Source of the DNA: Anaerohalosphaeraceae bacterium
Lineage (GTDB): Bacteria > Planctomycetota > Phycisphaerae > Sedimentisphaerales > Anaerohalosphaeraceae
Length of the DNA: 64,000 bases
Assembly (NCBI GenBank): GCA_963675525.2
Contig: CAXXSL010000020.1
Span: 135,974 to 199,973, forward strand
Direction of reading: 5' to 3'
Shown: positions 1 through 9,899 of the stretch, one piece after another
Position numbering within the stretch: position 1 is the stretch's first letter
Layout of the letters: every line of letters starts with the position of its first letter
Made by a program: the position numbers and the translations under genes
Notes under the pieces: generated by a model
The model's database searches: none
Told to the model about the DNA's origin: nothing
What the model saw: the letters and a program-made list of their open reading frames with translations, nothing else

Positions 1-122
1 TCCATCACATGAAACCGTTTGCTCTCTGTTCCATCCGAATGAATAATGATCCCGCCATCCGTCAAAACGCCGTCAACATCTATCAGCAGCAGTTTAATTG
101 TTGAAAAGTCAGTCTTCGTCAT
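1..122 (-). CDS. kdsC: KDO 8-phosphate phosphatase (HAD, YrbI/KdsC family), 5' part only; runs off the window start
   Basis: Manual translation from ATG at 122: MTKTDFSTIKLLLIDVDGVLTDGGIIIHSDGTESKRFHVMD (DVDGVLTDG motif); directly downstream of kdsD. Confidence 0.88.
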   Translation of the reverse strand, partial: MTKTDFSTIKLLLIDVDGVLTDGGIIIHSDGTESKRFHVM

Positions 123-127
123 GACAC

Positions 128-1150
128 TTATCCTACGATCTTAATCGCTACAATATCCTGAACGTCAATCAGCCCAACCGGTTTGTCATTCGCATCAACA
201 ACCGGTAATTCATCGATACGATATTTGTGAAAAATCGCCATGGCCTCGGCCGCCAATGCATCTTCCCGGACACATTTACAGCCGGCTGTCATCAGTTCCG
301 AGGCTTTCAAGGCAAAAACCGCCGTCCCCTTCTTTTCTATGGCACGCCGTAGATCCGCGTCCGTAATAATACCGCTCAATTTTCCGATCCCATCCACGAC
401 CATCACGGCACCACGGCGTTTGGTTGTTTCATTCTTTCGCAGCATCTCTTCAATCGTATCGTTCAGCTCGCAAAGCGGCAGGGCTTCGCCTTTTTTAAAC
501 CACATGGCTTGTCCCACCGTCAAAAGCTTGCGCCCCAGGGCCCCTGCCGGATGAAATCTCGCATAATCCTCAACACTGAAGTTACGAGCCTTCATCGTGG
601 TCAGCGCCAATGCGTCCCCCAATGCCAGCATACACGTTGTCGAAACCGTTGGCGCCGCACCATGCGGGCAGGCCTCGGTCAACATTCCCATGCATAATAC
701 TACATCGCTGTGAACCGCCAACCGTGATTCCGGATCACCGACGATCGACACCAGTTTGATTTCACGCTGTTTCAACGGTTCGATCAAACGAACGATCTCG
801 TCACTTTCACCGCTGTGACTCAGCGTCAGTACAATATCATTTGACTGGATTCTCCCCAGGTCGCCGTGAACCGCGTCAGCCGGGTGTAAAAAATGACTGG
901 CCGTTCCCGTTGACGCAAGTGTGGCGCTGATCTTATTGCCAACCAGGCCGGCTTTGCCCATCCCGGTCACAATCACCGAGCCGCTGCAATCCAGAAAAAG
1001 CTGAACGGCTTCTTCAAATGGCGGTTCTCGGACCAGGGCTGATAAACCCGTCACGGCATTGCCTTCAGCTCGTACCACGCTCTCGGCAAATGCAATATCA
1101 ATAGCCACCGCCTTCGCCTCCAATGAACCTTGATTCCTTTCGTCCGACAT
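128..1150 (-). CDS. kdsD: Arabinose-5-phosphate isomerase, KpsF/GutQ family (SIS + CBS)
   Basis: TGMGKAG, ASTGT, HGDLG, FHPAGALG motifs and C-terminal CBS pair; adjacent to kdsC. Confidence 0.93.
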   Translation of the reverse strand: MSDERNQGSLEAKAVAIDIAFAESVVRAEGNAVTGLSALVREPPFEEAVQLFLDCSGSVIVTGMGKAGLVGNKISATLASTGTASHFLHPADAVHGDLGRIQSNDIVLTLSHSGESDEIVRLIEPLKQREIKLVSIVGDPESRLAVHSDVVLCMGMLTEACPHGAAPTVSTTCMLALGDALALTTMKARNFSVEDYARFHPAGALGRKLLTVGQAMWFKKGEALPLCELNDTIEEMLRKNETTKRRGAVMVVDGIGKLSGIITDADLRRAIEKKGTAVFALKASELMTAGCKCVREDALAAEAMAIFHKYRIDELPVVDANDKPVGLIDVQDIVAIKIVG

Positions 1151-1164
1151 TTTATGATTCCTGC

Positions 1165-2688
1165 TTACCCAAACTTAACAACGCTGCCGCGCTCATCGTA
1201 ACATACGATTTTCAGTGTACCGACGCTTCCGAGCAGGTCCGGGCAAATAATGATGGACTTTCCGGAAGCGACCTCAATTTCAGCAAGGATGTCGCGGCGG
1301 TGATTTTGAAGGAAATTCGCAACGCCCACCGGCAATGTCAGTTCGATTCTGCGAATCTCATTTCGCGGCATCGCAAGACGAATCATTCGCAAAATCTCAA
1401 TGGACTGAGATTCAAAACTTTTTACAACACCGCTGCCGTGACAATTGGGACAGGTCAAATACGTACTGGACTGAAGCGAGGGTCTCATTCGCTGACGTGT
1501 CAGTTCGATCAAACCGAAAGCACTCATTCTGAGTGCCCGTGATCTCGCCCGGTCCAAGCGGAGACAATCCCGGAATATTTTCTCAATCTCACGTCGATTC
1601 TTATTGTCACGCATATCAATGAAATCACAGATAATCAAGCCTCCCAGGTCGCGCAGCTTAAGCTGTCGAACAATTTCCTGGGCCGCCTCCTGGTTGATCC
1701 TAAAAGCCGTTTGCTCTGCATTCGACTGCTTACGATATTTTCCACTGTTGACATCGATCGCAACCAGCGCCTCAGTCTGCTCGATGACGAGTGATCCGCC
1801 GCTTTTTAAATCGACGTGGCTGGACTGTATTTTTTCGATCTCCTTTTCAATATTGTACTTATTGAATAAGGGACTGGGCCCCTCATGAAAAATCGCTCTG
1901 TGCTTCAGTCGAGGTTGAACAATTGAAAGGAAGTCACGGATCTTTCGCGTTACCGCCTCATTGTCACATAAGATTTTCCGGATTGAGCTGTCAAAAATAT
2001 CCCGTACGGTCCGGATCGCCAGATCGGACTCCTGATAAATCTCAGCCGGTCCCTTTTCGGATTCCATTCGCTTGCTGATAACCCGCCACAATCGCATGAG
2101 GTAATTCACATCATTCTGCAATTCTCGTTTTCTTGCCACCATCGCCGCGGTCCGAATGATAACCCCGGCGTTTTTAGGAAGCGAAATGGACTCGACCGCT
2201 TCACGCAGTTTTTTACGTTCTTCTTCTTCCTCGATCTTCTGGGAAACCCCAACACCCGTCATCCACGGCATAAAAACAAGATATTTTCCCGGCAGCGAAA
2301 TATAAGTCGTCAGCGTCGGCCCCTTGGTATTGATGCCTTCTTTGGTCACCTGAACGATAATATCCTGCCCTTTTTTCAGGCACTTTTGAATGGGGGGACG
2401 CTGAGACAGCGCTTTGCGTCGACCAATATTCTCAATGATCTCCTTTTTGCCGAAATGACGGGGGTGAAGATCGCTGATATGCAGAAATCCGTTTTTGTCC
2501 GCTCCGAAATCAATAAAGGCCGCCTGGATACCTGCCTCGATATTCACGATCCGACCTTTGTAGACATTCCCGACATGGCTGGCCAGATGGTATCGCTCGG
2601 TGTATAATTCATCCAGAGAGCCGCCTTCGACAACGGCAACACGGCATTCTTCACCCTCTGAAACGTTGATCAGTAATTCTTTTGACAT
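1165..2688 (-). CDS. Ribonuclease E/G (Rne/Rng family)
   Basis: S1 domain (GNVYKGRIVNIEAGIQAAFIDFG), AIDVNSG, LRDLGGLIICDFIDM, CPNCHGSG Zn-link. Confidence 0.95.
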   Translation of the reverse strand: MSKELLINVSEGEECRVAVVEGGSLDELYTERYHLASHVGNVYKGRIVNIEAGIQAAFIDFGADKNGFLHISDLHPRHFGKKEIIENIGRRKALSQRPPIQKCLKKGQDIIVQVTKEGINTKGPTLTTYISLPGKYLVFMPWMTGVGVSQKIEEEEERKKLREAVESISLPKNAGVIIRTAAMVARKRELQNDVNYLMRLWRVISKRMESEKGPAEIYQESDLAIRTVRDIFDSSIRKILCDNEAVTRKIRDFLSIVQPRLKHRAIFHEGPSPLFNKYNIEKEIEKIQSSHVDLKSGGSLVIEQTEALVAIDVNSGKYRKQSNAEQTAFRINQEAAQEIVRQLKLRDLGGLIICDFIDMRDNKNRREIEKIFRDCLRLDRARSRALRMSAFGLIELTRQRMRPSLQSSTYLTCPNCHGSGVVKSFESQSIEILRMIRLAMPRNEIRRIELTLPVGVANFLQNHRRDILAEIEVASGKSIIICPDLLGSVGTLKIVCYDERGSVVKFG

Positions 2689-2713
2689 AATATGCTTTGC
2701 TCCTGATACTTTC

Positions 2714-3376
2714 CTAATTTTGCTTCCATTGGATCTCAGTTCGTTTAATGGGCTCGTTCAGTTGTTCCGGTTGAACCGCCAGCCATCGCATTAATTCATC
2801 AATTCTGACTGTCCCTTTCGGCGAGATGTGACAGTCAATTTCAATCATGTTGCCTGAAAAATCGATGGTCTCTACAAAAGGAGAGATATCGATGGTCTCA
2901 TAAACCCGTTTCTTGGCCCGATACCGCTGGATTTGAATATCTTCTCCCCTCGTCAGTTGACTCTGACAACGAATAAGATGCTGCTGGTGCTCATCGTTGA
3001 CAGACGCTTCCAGATGAAATACATAATGGGCTTGGCAAGGCTGAAAAGTACACTTCCCCTCAACGCACCGAACATCCAACAGGGTACACCCATCCGGAAG
3101 CTGCCGTTGAAGTCGAGACAAAAACTCAGGCCGATCCGCCTCAACGCCGGAAGTCAGTATCGCACAGACACGTTCCGCGCAGGACTGTGTCCCCACGCTT
3201 CTGGCAAGCGGAATAGACACACGCGGGCGGGGATTAAACCCTCCTGAGAATGTGACCGATAAACCGGTACGCAACAAGCAACGCTGAAACATTGTCAGTG
3301 TCTCCTGATGCGACAAATAGGCCAGCCGATTCCGAATGGCGAAATCTGCAATCAATGTATATTGTTTTTCCTGCAT
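2714..3376 (-). CDS. Radical SAM-linked protein (DUF2344/TIGR03936-like)
   Basis: YLSHQE...FQR...FSGGFNPRPRVS motif; commonly found upstream of rne/rng. Confidence 0.8.
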   Translation of the reverse strand: MQEKQYTLIADFAIRNRLAYLSHQETLTMFQRCLLRTGLSVTFSGGFNPRPRVSIPLARSVGTQSCAERVCAILTSGVEADRPEFLSRLQRQLPDGCTLLDVRCVEGKCTFQPCQAHYVFHLEASVNDEHQQHLIRCQSQLTRGEDIQIQRYRAKKRVYETIDISPFVETIDFSGNMIEIDCHISPKGTVRIDELMRWLAVQPEQLNEPIKRTEIQWKQN

Positions 3377-3439
3377 GTATCAAAAGTATTTTATTGAAAA
3401 TATCTGCCAGCCAACATAACCGGTCTGTCATTCATCAAA

Positions 3440-5176
3440 CTAAAACGTTTCCGGCAATATCCGGGTTGCCGTATCCCGCAAATAATTCTTTATCTGGCGC
3501 GCCGAGTCCATGACGGAAACCGAACGGGCCAGTTTGTTGCACTCTTCGATCGTTACGGAACGAATGATCTTTTTGACCTCCGGTATCATCGGCGACGCCA
3601 AAGACAAGGTCCGAACCCCCATTCCCAAAATCAGCATAATAAACTCAGGATCGGAAGCAACTTCACCACAGATGCTCAGGCCGATCCCCGCTTTATGCGC
3701 ATCCTGAATTACATCCCGCATTAATTTCAGAACAGCCGGCTCAGCAGCAGAAAACAACGTCGATACGTGCTCGTTCGCCCGATCAACCGCAAGCGTATAC
3801 TGGATAAGGTCGTTGGTGCCGATGCTGAAAAAATCAGCGTCATTCGACAATAACGCCGCCATCAGAGCTGAACTGGGGGTTTCAATCATGATTCCTATTG
3901 GGATATTGGCGTTATAGGGAACGGCATACTCATCCAGGTCTTCCATCACATCACGCAATATCATCTTGGCCTGACGAAGTTCCTGAAGATTGGTGATCAG
4001 GGGGAACATCACACGAACATCGCCCAGCACTGATGCACGCAGGATGGCCCGTAATTGAACTTTGAACAGAGACAGATCCTGAAGGCAATACCGTATGGAC
4101 CGCAAGCCCAATACAGGATTTGTTTCATTCGGGTGCCAGCCCGTATGAGGAAGTTTATCCGCACCCAGATCCATCGTGCGAATGACCACCGGCCAGTCGC
4201 CCACGGCACGAATGGCCTCCGCATAGGCATTATAATGATCTTCTTCAGTGGGTTCCTGCCCGCCATAAAGATACAAAAACTCCGTCCGGTAAAGCCCGAT
4301 TCCCTCACCGCCTTTTTGAATGACTTGCTCAGCCTCATCCGGAAATTCAATATTACCCAATATTTGAATATGAACACCGTCGCGGGTCTCGGCCGGCAGT
4401 TCCCGCAACAGATCCAACTGATGAACAAACTGTGTCATCTGTTTGGAATAATCATCATATTGTTTAAGTGTGTCATCGTCCGGTTCAATAATGACGACGC
4501 CGCGATTGCCGTCAACGATAACCATGCAATCAGGCGGTATCTCGGATGACAGGTTTCCCAGGGCCACAACGGCCGGGATACCGAGTGAACGGGCAACGAT
4601 CGCCGTATGACTTGTTCGTCCCCCCTTCTCCGTCGCAAATCCTTTGACAAATGATTTATTAAATCCAGCCGTTTGCGTAGGGGTCAAATCACTGGCAAGA
4701 ATCACAACTTCCTCGCGTAAATGGTCCAGTTCCTCTTGCTTCTTGCCAAGAAGATGTGTCAAAAGACGTTTTTCGATGTCATAAATATCTGCCGCACGTT
4801 CGCTGATATAAGCATCATCAATCCCTGCAAAATGTGACGCAATTTCCCGCAAAATCGTGGAGACTGCATATTCAGCCGTCACCAGGTCTCTGGAAATGAA
4901 ATCCGTAATCCGTTTACGAAAACTGCGGTCTTTCAGGAAACGCATGTGAACCGCAAAAATATCACGAATCTTACCTTCCTGAATATCTTTCGAGGAACTA
5001 ATGCTTTCCAGTTGGGAAATTGCCTTGGAAAATGCTTTGCGCAGTCGCTGTATTTCCCTGACACGTTGTGAAGGCATGATGGACCGACGCGGGATTCGAT
5101 AGTCTTTTGAATCGATTACCATGGGCTTGGCGATGGCGATCCCTGGCGATACCGCAATTCCCTTTCTGATTTCCAT
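3440..5176 (-). CDS. ptsI: PEP-protein phosphotransferase (PTS enzyme I)
   Basis: GGRTSHTAIVARSLGIP phospho-His motif, GIGLYRTEFLY, FSIGTNDLIQY. Confidence 0.96.
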   Translation of the reverse strand: MEIRKGIAVSPGIAIAKPMVIDSKDYRIPRRSIMPSQRVREIQRLRKAFSKAISQLESISSSKDIQEGKIRDIFAVHMRFLKDRSFRKRITDFISRDLVTAEYAVSTILREIASHFAGIDDAYISERAADIYDIEKRLLTHLLGKKQEELDHLREEVVILASDLTPTQTAGFNKSFVKGFATEKGGRTSHTAIVARSLGIPAVVALGNLSSEIPPDCMVIVDGNRGVVIIEPDDDTLKQYDDYSKQMTQFVHQLDLLRELPAETRDGVHIQILGNIEFPDEAEQVIQKGGEGIGLYRTEFLYLYGGQEPTEEDHYNAYAEAIRAVGDWPVVIRTMDLGADKLPHTGWHPNETNPVLGLRSIRYCLQDLSLFKVQLRAILRASVLGDVRVMFPLITNLQELRQAKMILRDVMEDLDEYAVPYNANIPIGIMIETPSSALMAALLSNDADFFSIGTNDLIQYTLAVDRANEHVSTLFSAAEPAVLKLMRDVIQDAHKAGIGLSICGEVASDPEFIMLILGMGVRTLSLASPMIPEVKKIIRSVTIEECNKLARSVSVMDSARQIKNYLRDTATRILPETF

Positions 5177-5184
5177 GCTTTCTC

Positions 5185-5538
5185 TTATCCTTCCTTTTCG
5201 CCGACCGTCGCCGAATCACCCGTAAATTCGTTGTCAATCAATTGATGGAGTTGTTCGGCGGCCTTTTGAGCATCCGATCCCTCAGCGCGAATCTTTAAAC
5301 GGGTTCCGAAAGTCGCAGCAAGCATGGTCATTTGCATAATACTCTTGGCATCGACGGAGATCTCACCGTTACTAACCGTCACATCGGACTCAAAAGTGCT
5401 CGCCAAATCCACAAACTGCATCGCGGGACGCATATGCAATCCTTCCGGATTCTTGATTTCTACTCCAATTTCATATATCGGCTTTGCCACGCCTCTGTCC
5501 TTGCTCACGGTTGGTTTTGGGGCCGGGCGAACTCTCAC
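5185..5538 (-). CDS. ptsH: Phosphocarrier protein HPr (true start may be downstream)
   Basis: GLHMRPA (His15 motif) and DAKSIM (Ser46 motif). Confidence 0.92.
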   Translation of the reverse strand: MRVRPAPKPTVSKDRGVAKPIYEIGVEIKNPEGLHMRPAMQFVDLASTFESDVTVSNGEISVDAKSIMQMTMLAATFGTRLKIRAEGSDAQKAAEQLHQLIDNEFTGDSATVGEKEG

Positions 5539-5540
5539 AT

Positions 5541-6014
5541 TTATTCTGCAGACGAGTCATCTGCATCTTTGATCGCTTCGATCACTTCCTCTTGAGTCTG
5601 CGCCTGCCGGAGAAAACGGCGAAAATCGTCTTTTTGCAAATTCTTGAAGATTGTTTCCATTGCCTGCAAATGCTTATCCGGATTCTGCCCGGGACTTAAT
5701 AATAAAAACACCGAATAAACCGGCTGCTTATCCAAAGAAACAAATTCAATCCCTTCCGGCGAACAGCCGACAACGGCTATCGGTTCGGTAATCTCGTCAT
5801 GCTTAACATGCGGAACAGCCACACCTTTGCCGATCCCGGTACTGGCTTCGTTTTCACGCTTAATAACAACCGCAGCAAGCTTCTTGGGAGCAATCTTGCC
5901 AAGCTTTTTATGTTCATGAAGCGATTGAATTAACTCACGAATAACATCATCCCGCTCCGTTGACTCCAACCGCGGAATAATCGCTTTTGTACAAACAATA
6001 TCAATAAGTTTCAT
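5541..6014 (-). CDS. PTS IIA component, fructose/mannitol/Ntr (PtsN-like) family
   Basis: RENEASTGIGKGVAVPH motif; lies between hpf and HPr. Confidence 0.9.
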   Translation of the reverse strand: MKLIDIVCTKAIIPRLESTERDDVIRELIQSLHEHKKLGKIAPKKLAAVVIKRENEASTGIGKGVAVPHVKHDEITEPIAVVGCSPEGIEFVSLDKQPVYSVFLLLSPGQNPDKHLQAMETIFKNLQKDDFRRFLRQAQTQEEVIEAIKDADDSSAE

Positions 6015-6089
6015 AAAATCTCCCTAAACCATAGAAAGCGATACCCTGTTTTTAAACACGGGCCGTTAAGGAACATCTTCTCTGAATGC

Positions 6090-6458
6090 TCAGGTCATTT
6101 CGTTTTCTTCCGACTCCAATGGCACCTGCGATTGCAGCCGTTCGATTTCATCGGCAAGACTGTGTTTGTGATTACGCTGTTTTTCCTTTATTTTCCTTAA
6201 TTGACGCTCAAGTTTGTGTATCGCAAGGTCAATGCATGCGTATGTATCGTCGCCGGTTTCCTTGGCGATCAGCAAGTCGTTATGTTCCGCATGAACGATG
6301 ATTTCCACACCCTGCTTGCCGCCTTCGTTTCCTTCGACGACCACTTCGATCTGAGTGATACTATCAAAATAACGTGGCAGTTTTTCTACCTTTTCCTGTG
6401 CGTGCAATCGGATTGCATCTGTGATTTCGATGTGTTTACCGGTGATGGTAAAAAGCAT
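6090..6458 (-). CDS. raiA: Ribosome hibernation factor HPF/RaiA
   Basis: MLFTITGKHIEITDAIR...YACIDLAIHKLERQLRKIKEK; AGGAGG RBS before ATG at 6458. Confidence 0.92.
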   Translation of the reverse strand: MLFTITGKHIEITDAIRLHAQEKVEKLPRYFDSITQIEVVVEGNEGGKQGVEIIVHAEHNDLLIAKETGDDTYACIDLAIHKLERQLRKIKEKQRNHKHSLADEIERLQSQVPLESEENEMT

Positions 6459-6492
6459 CTTCACCTCCTGATTTCTTAAAATAAAATTCCAT

Positions 6493-7320
6493 TTATGATT
6501 TCGTTTCGACTGACACGGATTCTTTTTTAGACGCTTCAAATGCCTTGTGCTCTGCCGGCGTAATTACCCCGCCGCTGATCACGTAACGCAGAGCTTCCTC
6601 GATCGACATGTCAAGCTCGATCGTTTCGCTCTTCAGGGCCATAATGACATATCCCGTAAACGGCGTCGGCGATGTCGGCACAAAAAGCGTCAGGAACTCC
6701 TGCCCGACCGCATTGACAACTTTTTTCAGTCCGGTTCCCGTCACCAGGCCAACAGACCACGTCCCTTTTCGGGGATACTCAAATGCAACAACCTTGCTGA
6801 ATGTCAGGCTTTTTTTGGCCAGCAGAAAATCGGTTACCTGCTTAATGTACGGATACACCTGCTTCAGTAAGGGCAGATTCATCAGTGTTTTCTCGATCAT
6901 ATGCCAAAGTGTACGCCCCACAACACTGGCCAAAAACGCACCGATCGAACAAACGCCGACAATCGCAACAACAAAACCGGTAATCTGACCCCGCCCGTAA
7001 ACCCAGAACTTCTCTGCAACCTCGATCCGCGTTCCGCGAATAACGTCTTCGTCCTGAATCTGCTGTTCAATTTTTTGAGCATCGCCCAATAGCTGCGGAT
7101 TCTGTTGAATCACATAGGATCGTTTATCCTCGTCCGTAACAGGAGGATACCAATCCAGCAAAGCAACCGCCCCGCGTACAACACCTCGGTTGATATGGAT
7201 GCTCACTTTTTCCTGGATAAAAATATAGCACTGCCAGAAGATCCATATCGTCAGGATCGTCGGCAGCAAGGCAGCCATCCCCCTGAAAAAGTATATCCTG
7301 AAATTTTTAAGTGATCGCAT
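6493..7320 (-). CDS. DUF502 family membrane protein
   Basis: FEYPRKG, FVPTSPTPFTGY, MSIEEALRYVISGG motifs. Confidence 0.88.
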   Translation of the reverse strand: MRSLKNFRIYFFRGMAALLPTILTIWIFWQCYIFIQEKVSIHINRGVVRGAVALLDWYPPVTDEDKRSYVIQQNPQLLGDAQKIEQQIQDEDVIRGTRIEVAEKFWVYGRGQITGFVVAIVGVCSIGAFLASVVGRTLWHMIEKTLMNLPLLKQVYPYIKQVTDFLLAKKSLTFSKVVAFEYPRKGTWSVGLVTGTGLKKVVNAVGQEFLTLFVPTSPTPFTGYVIMALKSETIELDMSIEEALRYVISGGVITPAEHKAFEASKKESVSVETKS

Positions 7321-7465
7321 TACTGCTTACCAATGTCCCTGGCATTATGCCCAAATAATATCGTTAATATCACGTTACGTGATCATATTTCACTTGTTTT
7401 GCCAAATTTAAGTCTATCCGGCGCATGGTATTATGGCCTGTTTTTACGAATTCGTCAACTAAATT

Positions 7466-8491
7466 CTAACGTGATTGATCTTTATGACGATGAGCCCCAC
7501 TGAGGTGTACCGCCATGCCCGGAACAGAGGCAAAAACCCATGTCAGACGCTGGCAAAGGGCCAGTGCGATTACCGCCTCTTTGTCCGCTCCCGTAAATTG
7601 GACAAAAAGGAGCACCAGTCCTCCTTCCAAAATGCCGAGTCCGGCGATACTGACTGGAATCGTTCCGATCACCCAAATCAGAGGGAAAAAGACAAAATAA
7701 TACCGTAACGGTGCCGTCATTCCCAAATCCCGACCGATCAGCCAGTACGACAAAATCACCATACTCTGTAAAAAAATAGTCACTGTAAGCCCAAACATCA
7801 AAATCATCGGGTGATGATAATAAACTAAAACAACCTCTTTGAACTGATTGAATAGATGGATAACATGGACATAAAGCTTTTTGAAAATGCCTTTCAGGTC
7901 AAAAAATCCACCCAAAACAAAAGCAATACCCGCTATAATCATGATCGACAGCAACATCTGATGGGCTGATATGTGGTGTTTCTCAAAAAACTCCGTCAGA
8001 AAGCCGGAACTCCTGCGATTGATTTGCAGAACACCCTGACCTCGCATAAACAGGAGGTAACTCGTTATGGCCAAAATAAAGGTCGAAGCCAGCCCCATGA
8101 CACGATCCACAAGTACCCCCAAAGCGGCCTGGAGCTTTTTATGGCTGTAACGGGAAACATACCAGGCACGGATCAGGTCGCCCCCGACCGCACTCGGCAG
8201 AAAATTCGTGAAAAACTGCCCGAGAAACGTTAATTTAATCGCCATAAATAGGGGAATTTCTATTTTTTGTGCCCGCATAAACACCCACCAGCGCAAGCCG
8301 ATCAGGCATAACCCTCCGGCGAATACCAGTGATGCCAGTACCAGCAGTGAAATGTGAAGCTTCGAGAAAGTCTCCCCCAACTCGGCAAAATCAAGATCCT
8401 TGATAATAAGCCAGCAAGCGAGAACCGCTATACCAATGCGGAGAACCAATGACAGGTAAGAACGCTTCTTTTGTTTTTCGTTATCAGCCAA
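7466..8491 (-). CDS. Lysylphosphatidylglycerol synthase TM / UPF0104 flippase-like membrane protein
   Basis: FFTNFLPSAVGGDLIRAWY and IPVSIAGLGILEG motifs; multiple TM segments. Confidence 0.85.
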   Translation of the reverse strand: MADNEKQKKRSYLSLVLRIGIAVLACWLIIKDLDFAELGETFSKLHISLLVLASLVFAGGLCLIGLRWWVFMRAQKIEIPLFMAIKLTFLGQFFTNFLPSAVGGDLIRAWYVSRYSHKKLQAALGVLVDRVMGLASTFILAITSYLLFMRGQGVLQINRRSSGFLTEFFEKHHISAHQMLLSIMIIAGIAFVLGGFFDLKGIFKKLYVHVIHLFNQFKEVVLVYYHHPMILMFGLTVTIFLQSMVILSYWLIGRDLGMTAPLRYYFVFFPLIWVIGTIPVSIAGLGILEGGLVLLFVQFTGADKEAVIALALCQRLTWVFASVPGMAVHLSGAHRHKDQSR

Positions 8492-8607
8492 AGATTGTTT
8501 TCCAAAAAGTCTTGTTTTTGTATAAGATAACGAGTAAAAGTGGCCTCTGCAACAGAATTGTGTGCTGAGTTTTTGGTATTTTGTATCTTATTTATAGGAG
8601 TTAAATC

Positions 8608-9021
8608 GTGGCTGCAAATAAGGAAATCGAGGAAGGTCTCGGCTTTGTGCCGAAATTTGACGCAAACGGACTGATCACCGCCATCTCACAGGATGCCGAC
8701 ACCGGCGATGTGCTGATGGTCGCCTATATGAATGACGAAGCGCTGAAGCTGACGCTCGAAACGGGCAATGCGGTATTTTTCAGCCGGAGCCGTCAGAAGC
8801 TGTGGAAAAAAGGCGAAGAGTCCGGCCATGTTCAAAAAGTGCAGCAAATACTCGTTGATTGCGATCAGGACTGCCTGATCCTCAAGGTCACCGTCGATCA
8901 GGGCCAGTGCCACGTCGGCTATCAATCCTGCTTCTACCGTGCCGTCAAAAAAGATTCCGGCAGTGAATTAGAATTCATCGCCGAAAAAGTTTATGATCCC
9001 AAGGAAGCCTATAAAAAGTAA
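8608..9021 (+). CDS. hisI: Phosphoribosyl-AMP cyclohydrolase
   Basis: [29 protein letters not shown] motifs. Confidence 0.96.
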   Translation: MAANKEIEEGLGFVPKFDANGLITAISQDADTGDVLMVAYMNDEALKLTLETGNAVFFSRSRQKLWKKGEESGHVQKVQQILVDCDQDCLILKVTVDQGQCHVGYQSCFYRAVKKDSGSELEFIAEKVYDPKEAYKK

Positions 9022-9176
9022 GTAACAAAAGCCCGAAGCGCAAGCGCAGGGGACGGATGACGCTCGTAAAAGCATAAAGCAATGCAAAAGCGATCATGCG
9101 TCCAATGTCACCCCGGCCTCAGAGCCGCGACAGTAATGGAGCGGGTATTCACGGGCGGACTTTAATGGAGCAAATT

Positions 9177-9680
9177 ATGTTTTATAAGAGTTTAAATGGA
9201 AAATGTCAGTTTATTATAATTACCCTCTCCGTCCTGGCATTGACTGCGGCCGGATGCGGAAAAAGCCAGAACGGCCTCGCAAAAACCGCAAAAAACACAC
9301 AGAAAATTGCCAAGTTCCAGAAATGCTGCGCCCTCATTAAGGACCAGACGGTCATCGGCGACATCGTGCTCGACGGAGATACATGGGGCAGGCGAAGAAC
9401 CGCTCTGGACTATGTCACCGACCCGGTCGTGCTGGAAAGGATTATCACCTCAACCAAGGAATTTGACATTGGTTCCTTCGCGCAGGATCGCCTCGATGCG
9501 ATCAGGAATGGAACGCCTCTCGAAGATGTCTCGGTCATAAACTGGGTTTATTTTGACAAGACCGGAAAACCAACACACGTCTCAAAGGCCAAAAAAGCAA
9601 CCTGGGACCAGTGCATGGCATCCGTCGGAAAAAAACTCGACCCATCGGACATCAAAGACTCCAGACAGCCGGTAAAATGA
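9177..9680 (+). CDS. Hypothetical lipoprotein
   Basis: GGAG RBS at 9167 before ATG 9177; hydrophobic signal ending in lipobox AAGC. The upstream extension of the ORF lies in REP-like palindromes. Confidence 0.65.
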   Translation: MFYKSLNGKCQFIIITLSVLALTAAGCGKSQNGLAKTAKNTQKIAKFQKCCALIKDQTVIGDIVLDGDTWGRRRTALDYVTDPVVLERIITSTKEFDIGSFAQDRLDAIRNGTPLEDVSVINWVYFDKTGKPTHVSKAKKATWDQCMASVGKKLDPSDIKDSRQPVK

Positions 9681-9875
9681 TGCTATCGCCTTGTGCCAGC
9701 CACTCGCATTAGTTTTAAGGTTTTGAGTTCGTAGTTCTTAGTTGTAGAAAAACCTTCCAGAAGCTGGCATTTTGGGTGGGAATTGGGTTGTAGATTCGCT
9801 GACGAACTCAAACCTGGGGCGTGTTGCGATCATTTTATAGTCTTGTGAGTTCCCACAACACCCAGGTGATTCTTG

Positions 9876-9899
9876 AAAGGTGTCTGACCTTAGATTCTC
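9876..9899 (-). repeat. Inverted copy of the GGTCAGACACC boundary site
   Basis: AAAGGTGTCTGACCTTAGATTCTC is the reverse complement, with small gaps, of GAGAAAATTAAAAGGGTCAGACACCTTT at 12447-12474. Confidence 0.75.

Noticed and set aside
6459..6492. raiA-motif RNA upstream of hpf/raiA
   Set aside because: Only about 34 nt separate the gene from the upstream CDS, too short for that structured RNA.
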